From: an uncultured virus (IMG/VR IMGVR_UViG_3300011906_000002)
Lineage: Duplodnaviria > Heunggongvirae > Uroviricota > Caudoviricetes
Strand: one strand, 5' to 3'
DNA: 64,000 nt
Virus record (IMG/VR): IMGVR_UViG_3300011906_000002
Span: 1 to 64,000 of that record
Part shown: positions 38,715-47,664 of the stretch, in pieces
How positions within the stretch are numbered: position 1 is the stretch's first letter
How the letters are laid out: the number at the start of each line of letters is the position of its first letter
Translations under genes and position numbers: made by a program
Notes under the pieces: model-generated
Told to the model about the DNA's origin: nothing
Databases searched by the model: none
What the model saw: only the letters and a program-made list of their open reading frames with translations

Positions 38715-39625
38715 TTAACAATGAGGTTGTGAAACCCGTTACAGGATTCATTCAAATCCACCACAGGACGCAAGTGTTCAGACAAACACCCTCCGAAGTA
38801 ATCACACTTCCCACATACCGGGTTGTGACTCACTCGCCGGCGCTCAGCTTGACACCACTTCTTATAGCCTGTCACACCGAATAGGGGTAAGAAGTACTCA
38901 CGGTCTTGGTCATCAAACTCCAGTACCGCAAACTCACCCTGAGGGGTAATGTACAGGTGGTCATCACTGAATGCGTTGCGGGTCCCTGCTAAGACGTCTT
39001 GCAAAAGAAACTCGTTTTCCACCTCGAAACTGCGTTCAGGGTGGGTCAACACCTTATACACAAAGTCTTCGAACTCGGTGAAACTCACCGCGTCAGCGTT
39101 GGCTTGGTTAGTGCTATAGGGTTTGAATTCCACCCCGTACATCTGACCCAGCAGGTTAAAGGTATAGACACATTCATCGACACTGACTGTATCCAAGAAT
39201 GCGCGTCCCACCAGAGTCAGCACTCGGTACTCACGTGGCAGGGTCAACATGTTCTCTAATACTTTCTGGGATTTTTCCCGTGCACCGAAGTCGTAAGAGA
39301 CCGACAAGGTGATGTCAGGATCAAGAGCTGTGTCATTAACTAGAGACAGGTTGGTGTTGAGGTTGATGTCAGTACAGCCCATTTCACGCACCAGCGCGAG
39401 CAACCCATCCAGATACGCCTTAGGTAACAACAACACCTCACCCCCGTAGATGTCCACGTGTTCGATGGTGTAGTGTTCAGCCACTTCAGCCAAGCGCACT
39501 TTCAAAAGATCCAGTGGCAGTAGGGTTTGGTCACTCAGTTGTTGCTCGGTGAGGTAGCAAAAACCACACCGGAAGTTACAGTAGTAGCTGGGGTTCAAGG
39601 AGATGGTGATAGCGGGCTTGTTCAT
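38699..39625 (-). CDS. Radical SAM protein with SPASM/twitch-like C-terminus
   Basis: CNFRCGFCY, YGGEV, NTNL, SVSYD and CGKCDYFGGC...SC. Confidence 0.88.
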   Translation of the reverse strand: MNKPAITISLNPSYYCNFRCGFCYLTEQQLSDQTLLPLDLLKVRLAEVAEHYTIEHVDIYGGEVLLLPKAYLDGLLALVREMGCTDINLNTNLSLVNDTALDPDITLSVSYDFGAREKSQKVLENMLTLPREYRVLTLVGRAFLDTVSVDECVYTFNLLGQMYGVEFKPYSTNQANADAVSFTEFEDFVYKVLTHPERSFEVENEFLLQDVLAGTRNAFSDDHLYITPQGEFAVLEFDDQDREYFLPLFGVTGYKKWCQAERRRVSHNPVCGKCDYFGGCLSEHLRPVVDLNESCNGFHNLIVKWSEL

Positions 39626-39629
39626 GACA

Positions 39630-40715
39630 CTATCCTTTAAAAATCAACTGCAGACTTTCATCCACATACGGCGTAGGTTCTAAGATCCCCTCCATACCGT
39701 TCATGCGAATGATGGCTGGGGCATTGGCTTTCATAGCGAGGCAGTGTTGTTCCACCAGACCCAGGCGTTTAGTGTCGGCAATGGTTTTCTTACACCCGTT
39801 ACACAATTCAAACATTGGGCAGACATAGCAGGACTCTTTCAGACTGTCCAACTCAAACTGCTGAAGCGGTGTGAAGAACTCCCCTGCCATCTCACGTTTG
39901 AAGTCAATCGGGTTTTCTTGATCATCCCCAAAGTGACCACAACTGTAATAACCACCGCCTGGTTGTAGGGTGCGAATACCTGAGTCGCAATCACGAGAGG
40001 TTGGGCAGGTTGTAGAGTGCCCTTGAAGTTTTTTAGCCACTTGCTTGGTGTTGTACTCCCACTCCATCAAACCGGCTTCAAAGATCTCCACGTAATGGCG
40101 GTACATCTCACCACGGGTATACAACTTACCTTCGTTACCCATCGTGACCCCGCCGACTACTACTTCTTTGCCTGAAGCATTGGCGTAGTTAAGCTTACAC
40201 TCAACCCCTAGGCGCTGAGCCAAGCGCACCGTGTCCAGTACGGTGTGGGCATTGGAGTGATCGATGACTGCAATAAAGTCAGGACGGTAGCCTACGTGTT
40301 CAAGCATGGCGTCACTACAGGCAATAAAATCGGCTTCGGTGAAAACCGAACCGTCACCTTTGCGTCGACCATCGCCATATTGGAAAGAGGTGGTTACACC
40401 CACCCGAGGATGATTGAACAGAGGGGCCCACAGAGCCGGCTTCTTATAGAAAGGCCACAAGTTAGTCGTGAAGCTGATGCTGGCTTCAGAACCTAGTTCA
40501 TCGAGCTTAGCAATCAGATCCCAGTAGTACTGCGGAGAAACCATTAATGGGTCACCACCATTGAGAATGATGGTCTGAGTATCGGGGAACCGTTGGATGA
40601 ATTGAATTACTTCACTCAGCCCGACGCTGTCATTAGAGTCTTCAGACAGATATGTGCTTGAGCAAAAGGTGCATCGGAAATTGCACTTAGCAGTTACTTT
40701 CAATATCAAATCCAA
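39630..40715 (-). CDS. Radical SAM/SPASM protein
   Basis: CNFRCTFC, NGGDP, TTNL, CPTSRDC, SCG and CYVCPMFELCNGC...HC; TTG start after AAGGAAGG. Confidence 0.9.
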   Translation of the reverse strand: MDLILKVTAKCNFRCTFCSSTYLSEDSNDSVGLSEVIQFIQRFPDTQTIILNGGDPLMVSPQYYWDLIAKLDELGSEASISFTTNLWPFYKKPALWAPLFNHPRVGVTTSFQYGDGRRKGDGSVFTEADFIACSDAMLEHVGYRPDFIAVIDHSNAHTVLDTVRLAQRLGVECKLNYANASGKEVVVGGVTMGNEGKLYTRGEMYRHYVEIFEAGLMEWEYNTKQVAKKLQGHSTTCPTSRDCDSGIRTLQPGGGYYSCGHFGDDQENPIDFKREMAGEFFTPLQQFELDSLKESCYVCPMFELCNGCKKTIADTKRLGLVEQHCLAMKANAPAIIRMNGMEGILEPTPYVDESLQLIFKG

Positions 40716-40716
40716 T

Positions 40717-40959
40717 TTAGATTCCTTCCTTATCGAGCGGCAGACTGTTGATCTCATTCTCGCTCACCCAAAAGGACTCAGCGTCAGTTACGTAACGAGT
40801 CACTCGATACGGATACGGGGCACGCGCGCTGACTTGAAGTACTTTGAGAGCATCGCCCTTTTCGGCGTTGACTTTAGTTTTACCTTTTATGCCGCCGACG
40901 TTTTCAGAAACAATGGTACGGTTGGCATAAACAACATCGTTAGGCTGGTAGAGATTCAT
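40717..40959 (-). CDS. Small hypothetical protein (80 aa) inside the radical-SAM operon
   Basis: TAAGGAG SD; upstream ATGGTATAAT and a hairpin. Confidence 0.7.
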   Translation of the reverse strand: MNLYQPNDVVYANRTIVSENVGGIKGKTKVNAEKGDALKVLQVSARAPYPYRVTRYVTDAESFWVSENEINSLPLDKEGI

Positions 40960-41041
40960 GGCAGACTCCTTAGTCTTTATTATACCATCTAGAACAGACG
41001 TAATAATTGACCGCCAGGGAGTTACCCCCGGCGGCCAGTTG

Positions 41042-42040
41042 TTACAAGATTTGATCGAACATCTGTTTTATGCTGCACTCGGTTGTAGTACCCTCAACGA
41101 AGCTGTGGTGCAAGAAACACCGCAACCCGCACCGTTGATAGTACTCACACGACAAACAGCCGTAGTGGTCCAGGAAACGCTCCTCAGCCGCATTCTTAGC
41201 TTGCAGCCCCAGTTTTTCATCCAAGACGGCATCTTTACCAGCTTCTGACCAACAGGTGGTGACCACACCATCCTTGTTGATGATCTTGGTTGACCGACAA
41301 GTGGTGATGTTTTCTTGGTTCTCCTTCCATGCAATCAACGGATGAGAGTTGGGGTGGTGTTCGTTCAGGTACAGGTAGAGCTTCCCGATCAGGTCTTCCG
41401 AGGGTTGCAACCGTTCGTAGTTGGTACTCGGGATGTAGTGGTCGAAGTACACAGAGAAGTTTTTGCACAGGTAGTTAAGATGTTCAGTCTCAACCCCTGA
41501 CATGATGGTCTCGATGTTCTGTTTGGTGATCACCACATTGACCGTGTCGACAAAGTCTTTGACCAAGAACAAGTTGTAAAAGAACCGCTCTCGATCCTCT
41601 GGGTTAAAGCGCCCGGCGGGATCGTAGGAAGTGGCTATCTTGACTTTGCCGTGTGGTTGAAGCAAGGTCATCAAGCCAATAACGCGATCTACATTCTGAT
41701 AGACGAGATTGGTACCGAAGACCACCGTAACGTCCTCGTAGTAGTCAAACAACCGTCTGGCGATGTAGTAGTAGTTCTGGAATAAATGGAGAGGGATCTC
41801 ATCCAAGAACAACTCACCCCCAGTCAGGTTTACTACATAACGGTCTTGTGGACTGCTGTTGGCTAACAAGGCGTCTACCTTAGCCCACATGCCATCGCCT
41901 TCCATCCCCACTTTGGAGTCGTGGTCTTGATGACAGAAGCTACAGCGCAAGTTGCAGTACTCAAACAGAATCAGGTGGGCTTCTTTCAACTCACCTTTTT
42001 TGTCGGCTAACAAGTCAACCAACGGAATCAGTCCAGCCAT
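41042..42040 (-). CDS. Radical SAM/SPASM protein
   Basis: CNLRCSFCH, TGGEL, GTNL, TSYD and CLSCEYYQRCGLRC...EC. Confidence 0.9.
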   Translation of the reverse strand: MAGLIPLVDLLADKKGELKEAHLILFEYCNLRCSFCHQDHDSKVGMEGDGMWAKVDALLANSSPQDRYVVNLTGGELFLDEIPLHLFQNYYYIARRLFDYYEDVTVVFGTNLVYQNVDRVIGLMTLLQPHGKVKIATSYDPAGRFNPEDRERFFYNLFLVKDFVDTVNVVITKQNIETIMSGVETEHLNYLCKNFSVYFDHYIPSTNYERLQPSEDLIGKLYLYLNEHHPNSHPLIAWKENQENITTCRSTKIINKDGVVTTCWSEAGKDAVLDEKLGLQAKNAAEERFLDHYGCLSCEYYQRCGLRCFLHHSFVEGTTTECSIKQMFDQIL

Positions 42041-43098
42041 TTCGCACCCATCCCTGCTCGGGTCAAAGTTCCCAACGGCGCATTGATCATAAAGCGCAGA
42101 AGGTTATCGTCGTACTTACCAATGTCGCGTTGGGAGACTCGAACCATCTTAGGTCCGTGGTCAAAGAAGCGATGCAACAACCCAAACAACGTTTCAGTGT
42201 CCTCGATCACAAAGCCACTGAGGTAGACTTCGTGGATGCTTTCCATGTAGGCCACGATGCTAAAGTCGTTGTTGTGTCGTAACAAGAACAACATCTCATC
42301 GATCATTTCAGCCAACCAATCGACCGGGTAACGATCATTGATATTGGACAACATCACAAAGTCTGGGTTGTTCAGATACTTGAAGTTATAACACCCCTCA
42401 AACACCGTTTCCTCATTAAGTAGGCTGTCAAGGTCTGCGCCGATCAATTCCCACTTTGCAGGATTACCCATGAAGGTTGAGAGATAACCCATGGTGTCAG
42501 GTACGTTGGTCAACAACACCCGATCGATCAAACGACGCAAACGCTGACCTACTGTACCCAAAGGCATGCCTAACCGAATACCCAGTACGTCCCACTCAAA
42601 CGAACGCACGATGTCAGCCTTAGACACCCAACGAGACAACACCTGTGTTAGCCAATCGTTGTGAGCGTTATCAAACGCTTCACGCACTTTAGGCTCAGTG
42701 ATATTCACAGGGTTAATGTGGCTGGTACGCTCACGCATGGTGGTCGTGGTACGACAGTTGAGGATACTTTTCTTACACAGACACAGGTAACGAAAGGTCT
42801 CGTAATCAACACAAGGCATATAAGCGAAGACTAAAGCGGCCCACATTCGAATGTAGGTCGCCTCGTCTGCGTACAAATACGCCTCATCCTTCCACGCCAA
42901 CTGCTCGAGCATTTCTTCAAAGGTCTGTTCACCAGCCTCATCCAAAGTCTCAGCAACGTGTATAGGTTCGATTGCGTTCTCGTTCCCGTCCAGCATTAGG
43001 AAAGGCAGCCCCATCTGTTTAGAGATCACCGCACGGTTTTTCTCGTCGTCAACCTCACGATCAACTTCTACGTACAGACTGTTAAACAGATGGAACAT
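42028..43098 (-). CDS. Hypothetical protein in the radical-SAM cluster
   Basis: 356-aa ORF, coupled to its neighbours. Confidence 0.75.
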   Translation of the reverse strand: MFHLFNSLYVEVDREVDDEKNRAVISKQMGLPFLMLDGNENAIEPIHVAETLDEAGEQTFEEMLEQLAWKDEAYLYADEATYIRMWAALVFAYMPCVDYETFRYLCLCKKSILNCRTTTTMRERTSHINPVNITEPKVREAFDNAHNDWLTQVLSRWVSKADIVRSFEWDVLGIRLGMPLGTVGQRLRRLIDRVLLTNVPDTMGYLSTFMGNPAKWELIGADLDSLLNEETVFEGCYNFKYLNNPDFVMLSNINDRYPVDWLAEMIDEMLFLLRHNNDFSIVAYMESIHEVYLSGFVIEDTETLFGLLHRFFDHGPKMVRVSQRDIGKYDDNLLRFMINAPLGTLTRAGMGAKWLD

Positions 43099-43100
43099 AC

Positions 43101-43808
43101 TTAAGCCTCTAACAATTCAGGAAGCAACTGATCGTGGGTCTTCATGAGACCGACAAAGCCTTCGTGAAGCTCATCCTCGTGAAGCGCGCCGATGATGGTG
43201 AACAGTACGTTGTCACGTGATTCGAAATGGTGATACAGGTTCTTACCTGCGAACACACGTCCTTCAAACCAATGCTTGCTGTAACGCACCGGACGACCTT
43301 GGGCAAAGTACAAAGCCATCCCCGGATGGTTCAAACAATGCACCCAATTCAAACCACTGGCAGTTTCATCGACGCCTGGCCACAGCGCAGGGTCACCAAT
43401 GACTTCTTCACCAATGAGGACACGGGTTGCATACAGCGGACACATGTCCAAGCGCTCAGCCCAGATGTCCAAAGCGGCTCCGTGTGCTTCAAAGAATGCT
43501 TGAGGATCGAAAGGCACCGAACCTGGGAGACCCTCGCGAATCAACAACAAGTTCACCACGATGCCCACCAAAGCCTCTTGGTAGAACATCACAGGGACTT
43601 CAAGATACGCAGCAGTCAGCTCCATCAGGTCGGCTTCACCGTCGACCAGCAAATCTACTTCGACCTTGAGGTTGCTCAGGTAGGTCAGAAACGACTTACC
43701 CTTGAACTTACTTTTGCTGTACTCGATCTCAAAGTGCAGGTCCTCACTGAACTTGCGCTTGAGGGTTAAGATTGGGATCGGCGCTGGGGTCGTGATCACT
43801 TCTTGCAT
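43101..43808 (-). CDS. Hypothetical protein in the radical-SAM cluster
   Basis: AGGAG SD; SKFKGKSFLTYLSNL. Confidence 0.75.
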   Translation of the reverse strand: MQEVITTPAPIPILTLKRKFSEDLHFEIEYSKSKFKGKSFLTYLSNLKVEVDLLVDGEADLMELTAAYLEVPVMFYQEALVGIVVNLLLIREGLPGSVPFDPQAFFEAHGAALDIWAERLDMCPLYATRVLIGEEVIGDPALWPGVDETASGLNWVHCLNHPGMALYFAQGRPVRYSKHWFEGRVFAGKNLYHHFESRDNVLFTIIGALHEDELHEGFVGLMKTHDQLLPELLEA

Positions 43809-43823
43809 AAGGGGAAACTCCTA

Positions 43824-44435
43824 TTAACGACGGCCGCGGTTGGAGTGGCAGTCGGAGTGGCAATTGCTGTGGCAAAAGGTTTTGGTGATCCGCAGGGTTT
43901 GGTTGCTGAGGTTCACGATGTGGGCGTAGACGCGCTCACAATAGTTGATCACTTCTGCACGACTGGCGTTCTGTCCAGCCGACATAGGGCTGGCTGCATA
44001 GTTGTCGATACCGTGTAGGTACGGGTCTACGTAGTCACTAGCAGACCAAGCACCGCCACCGTTACTGTTGGCCGGACGAGCCTGTGTACGGGTTAGGGCC
44101 ACACTACTGGACAGTCGCGTTATCCCGGTGACGTTCTGTCGTACCGACAACGAACCTTGGCTGTTGTAATACGAGAGAAATTGCATCGAGCGTACACGTG
44201 CCCAGTTACGGCTGTAGGCTGAGATGTTTGCTACCACCGCATCTGCCTTCACCGGACCCACCGGCAACCACGAAGAGGAGAACTCGCCTGTTACGATGCC
44301 TGTATTACCTCCGTAGTTCGGATCGCCAAAGTCGCTGGGGTAGCTGTTGCTACCATACGAAACACGGCTATCCAAGCGGTTACGCAGATAACTGTTGATG
44401 ATGTTGGCTACATCCTGCCGAGTGATTTCTGCCAT
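43824..44435 (-). CDS. Candidate modification-target protein with C-terminal Cys-x-x-x repeat (CHSN-CHSD-CHSN-RGRR)
   Basis: S/N/G-rich 203-aa protein; three of its four Cys lie in the terminal CHSx repeat; located among six radical SAM genes. Confidence 0.75.
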   Translation of the reverse strand: MAEITRQDVANIINSYLRNRLDSRVSYGSNSYPSDFGDPNYGGNTGIVTGEFSSSWLPVGPVKADAVVANISAYSRNWARVRSMQFLSYYNSQGSLSVRQNVTGITRLSSSVALTRTQARPANSNGGGAWSASDYVDPYLHGIDNYAASPMSAGQNASRAEVINYCERVYAHIVNLSNQTLRITKTFCHSNCHSDCHSNRGRR

Positions 44436-44440
44436 TTCTT

Positions 44441-45484
44441 TTACGCCTTGAAAATGAGGTTGGGGTCATACGGATTAGGACGACCGCTTAAATAACGTAG
44501 GGTGTTCTTCAGACCCGCACAACGATAGCCTTGCCATGACAAGCGATGACAGTCACCACCACAGAGGTCAAACACGTCACACTGGATACACACCTCAGAG
44601 AAGTCCAACTCCCGGACAATCTCATCAACTCGCCCTTCAGAGGCTAAGTATTCCTGGGGCGATTGGTGTATGCTGCCATGGTTGTGCTCACTGGCTGCAT
44701 TCGGACACCCACCTAAGGTACCGTTAGAGTTGATTGTGGTGAGGTTCTGTTCACAGTTGCGACAGTTGGTATCCACAGCCACCATGTTGTACTTGATCTT
44801 TTCGATCAGGATATCCAGGGTTTTGATACGCACAGGATACTGACCGGTTTGATAGTGCTTCAGCAACTCCAAGTACCAGTTGTCTTGAGCCTCGTTGTCT
44901 GGAAACACGTGTTCATTTCGTAACGCATTGCCGCCTACTGTCAAACGTTCAAGCGACACATCACGAACGAGCAACTCTGACATTTGGGTAAGGAACCAGA
45001 CTGGCGATTGTTCAACCAACTGACGAGACACCGATACCTTAAGTCCTAACTCTACACCCGCTTGCGACAATAGCGAAACGTTGTGGTGCCACAACAATTT
45101 CTGGTTATCGGTTTCCCACCGAATCCACGGGTCCCAACTGGTACCAATAGAACCCCCTAGACTCTTTTGGATGAAATCCACAAGCCGAGGTTTTAGAGTG
45201 AAGGTGAGGTTGCTGTTGGCAGACATCGACACAGCGTCATCGCCTTCGAAGTGTGCCGCAAAGCGCTCTAGCAGCTCGATGGGGACGAGAAAGGGTTCAC
45301 CGCCATGCAACTCTAGGTGTGTGTGCGTACCGGGCTCAAACGTCTCCCTGAGGCCTTTGATCCAATTGGCTGTCGCATCCGGGTCGAACCGTGTAGCGTC
45401 TCCAGTACGTCCGCTGGTAAAACAGTGACTACAATTGAGGTTGCAGGTCCCAGTGGTTTTGACATAGATCGTTTTGACCGTCAT
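44441..45484 (-). CDS. Radical SAM/SPASM protein
   Basis: KTTGTCNLNCSHCF, HGGEPF, NSNL, TSWD, CRNC, GCP and CIQCDVFDLCGGDC...RC. Confidence 0.92.
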   Translation of the reverse strand: MTVKTIYVKTTGTCNLNCSHCFTSGRTGDATRFDPDATANWIKGLRETFEPGTHTHLELHGGEPFLVPIELLERFAAHFEGDDAVSMSANSNLTFTLKPRLVDFIQKSLGGSIGTSWDPWIRWETDNQKLLWHHNVSLLSQAGVELGLKVSVSRQLVEQSPVWFLTQMSELLVRDVSLERLTVGGNALRNEHVFPDNEAQDNWYLELLKHYQTGQYPVRIKTLDILIEKIKYNMVAVDTNCRNCEQNLTTINSNGTLGGCPNAASEHNHGSIHQSPQEYLASEGRVDEIVRELDFSEVCIQCDVFDLCGGDCHRLSWQGYRCAGLKNTLRYLSGRPNPYDPNLIFKA

Positions 45485-45975
45485 AGCTTTTCAACCATCC
45501 ACTTCTCAAAGCCCAAACTGATAATGATCGACGCCTGTTCATTTACGGCATAGTGTTTCACGTCTGCTGGGATGTACAGGGTATCGCCGGCTTTTAGATG
45601 ATGAGGTACACCCTCGACCACCATGGTTTTCTCTCCCTCGACAACACAGATCAACACATGATCAGGATCGGTGTGTTCGTGGAAGCTGTAACCTCCTGCT
45701 GGTGCTATAAAGATGTGGGCAGTCACTGGACCTCGATGCTTGTAGGAATTGGCCTTGTGTTTGCACCAGTCCCACACACCCTGATCGAAACTTTCAAAGT
45801 GTTCGAGTTTGATGCTGGATCGAAAGTCCATCAGCGACGCTGAGTTCTTGAACGGAACAATCACATTGGGTTCAGTGATCACGTGAAGAACTTGTTGCTC
45901 ACGGGCGTAGTCAGAACTGATGCACAGATCAAAGTACTGATTAGCTTTAGCACGAATCTCATTTTGACTCAGCAT
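45481..45975 (-). CDS. Cupin/JmjC-like Fe(II)/2OG hydroxylase
   Basis: SFHEHTD (HxD), VVEGEK and LKAGDTLYIP..KH (distal His). Confidence 0.8.
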   Translation of the reverse strand: MLSQNEIRAKANQYFDLCISSDYAREQQVLHVITEPNVIVPFKNSASLMDFRSSIKLEHFESFDQGVWDWCKHKANSYKHRGPVTAHIFIAPAGGYSFHEHTDPDHVLICVVEGEKTMVVEGVPHHLKAGDTLYIPADVKHYAVNEQASIIISLGFEKWMVEKL

Positions 45976-45989
45976 GGAGGTTACTCACT

Positions 45990-46799
45990 TCATGGGTTAA
46001 GGGCTTCGATCTCCGACTTGAGTTCGTCGATCTCTGCACGCATCTCGGCAAACAGTTGTTCGGCTTGGCTAAGCTTCATCACCGAATCACGCCGAATGGG
46101 TACGAGTGTCCCTTCTGGCTTTTCTTCTTGAGGGCGTTCACGAACGCCAAAGGTGCAACCCCGCAGGCCGCCGAGCAACACAATCTGGAAGTCGTTACGG
46201 GCTGCATCACCGCACCAGATTTCAGTTTGTTCTACACCGTGATCGTCTTTAACCTTGCGGTAGAAGAAGTCAACTGTGTAACGACCGCTCAGGGTGTTAA
46301 CGATCGGTGGACGACCTTCACGGCCAATACGCAGATACGCCACCGGACGTTCAGCCAAGAACCCGTATGGACCACCCCCAATCAACAGGAACAACAGATC
46401 CTCGTTGAAGGTCTTGTTGCCACCGTATTCGCTTGAGTAGTTCGCAGGAATGGTGACCAGACGTGACCAACCCCCTTTACTGAGTGGGATGACCATATAC
46501 GGATGGCTGGCTTCACGGATGCGTGTCTTAACTTCCAACAACACGTCATCGAGTGTCCGCCCAGCAAGGCGATCAGCATCCAACACACGTCCAGCAGGGT
46601 CACGGACGATGGCCAGGACTTCTTCTGCACTCAGACCACCCAGACACAAGGCATTACGAGCAGTTGCGCTCTCGGCGATGTATTGAAGCACTTCCTCAAA
46701 GGTGCGTCCTTCAAGTCGCTTGGAGTTTTGGGCCGTATCCAACAGACCCAACTTCTCAGACAAGGCTTGTTTAAGCTCATCGCTAATCATTACATTCAC
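45990..46799 (-). CDS. Tail-fibre-associated protein
   Basis: Three A-x-N/D-x-x-x-L-x-G-x-T/S repeats shared with the fibre genes; C-terminal coiled coil. Confidence 0.6.
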   Translation of the reverse strand: MNVMISDELKQALSEKLGLLDTAQNSKRLEGRTFEEVLQYIAESATARNALCLGGLSAEEVLAIVRDPAGRVLDADRLAGRTLDDVLLEVKTRIREASHPYMVIPLSKGGWSRLVTIPANYSSEYGGNKTFNEDLLFLLIGGGPYGFLAERPVAYLRIGREGRPPIVNTLSGRYTVDFFYRKVKDDHGVEQTEIWCGDAARNDFQIVLLGGLRGCTFGVRERPQEEKPEGTLVPIRRDSVMKLSQAEQLFAEMRAEIDELKSEIEALNP

Positions 46800-46800
46800 C

Positions 46801-47580
46801 TTAACGGTTATTTTTCAAATTTGTGAACTTTGTTTTGAGACCGGTCAACTCTTGACATAGGGGTTCTGCCATGGCGTCAAATTCAGACTGGAACAAAGCG
46901 GTTTCATAAGAAAGGCGGCTTAACCCCTCTTTTGACAAATCCACAGGTTCTTGTTCGGACAAACCGTAGGAGTGGTCACGAGTGGAGTTTGCGCAAGCCA
47001 TCGTCAGGGGTGCACGGCTATCGGCACCGTACCAGAGTTCTGTGTAGATCACCCCGTCGCCAGGTACCGTACGCGTCACGAACTCCCCGCAGTACTTACC
47101 ACTCAGAACCAAAACTTCAGAACCACGGCCTTCTACGCCTAAGCGCAACATCGCTACAGGGCTGTCACTTTCCGCGTAATTCAAACCACCCCCAAACAGA
47201 CCGAAGTAAAAGTCTTCACGGTTAGGTGTAGATTCAACTGTCACCAGGTGGGTCCAGTAATGACTGCAGGCCTTAAACCGAACGCCTTGGAAGGTGCGGG
47301 TATCGACTAACCCCATCAATAGAGATAGAAGTCCCTCTTCCTTCAGTCCACCAAAACTAGCAGCCACTGGGGCATGAACTTGAGGTTGTTGACGAATGTC
47401 GATCAGTTCTTCAAGGCGGTAGCCAGACAAGGCTTCAGTATTATTCACCACCCCACTTTCTTCAAGGTAGGTTTGTAGCTCACCTAGGGTGATGCCGTCT
47501 ATTAGGTAGCTGTCGTTAACGATACCGGTTTTACGGTCTACCAACATCGCCAATTGTTCAGGGGTAAGTTGTTCGGTCAT
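46801..47580 (-). CDS. Tail-fibre-associated protein, paralogue of 45990-46799
   Basis: Same repeat module; shared W..LVT, GGG......PVA.LR.G.EGR, LSG.Y and TE.W.G...R motifs. Confidence 0.6.
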   Translation of the reverse strand: MTEQLTPEQLAMLVDRKTGIVNDSYLIDGITLGELQTYLEESGVVNNTEALSGYRLEELIDIRQQPQVHAPVAASFGGLKEEGLLSLLMGLVDTRTFQGVRFKACSHYWTHLVTVESTPNREDFYFGLFGGGLNYAESDSPVAMLRLGVEGRGSEVLVLSGKYCGEFVTRTVPGDGVIYTELWYGADSRAPLTMACANSTRDHSYGLSEQEPVDLSKEGLSRLSYETALFQSEFDAMAEPLCQELTGLKTKFTNLKNNR

Positions 47581-47664
47581 AGAAGCGATACTCAGGTTAC
47601 AGACAAATAAAAAAAGAAGCAAGTATGGGCTGTTAACCCATACCTGTTTCTCTGAAAAGTAAAA

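Noticed and set aside
35079..45975. Radical SAM cluster as a known cofactor or base-modification pathway (QueE/7-deazaguanine, NrdG, MoaA, PqqE)
   Set aside because: No queC/queD/folE/dpdA, nrdD, moaC or pqq partners are in the window, and the SPASM-like tails plus the Cys-repeat protein fit peptide modification better. Partners elsewhere in the genome cannot be excluded.
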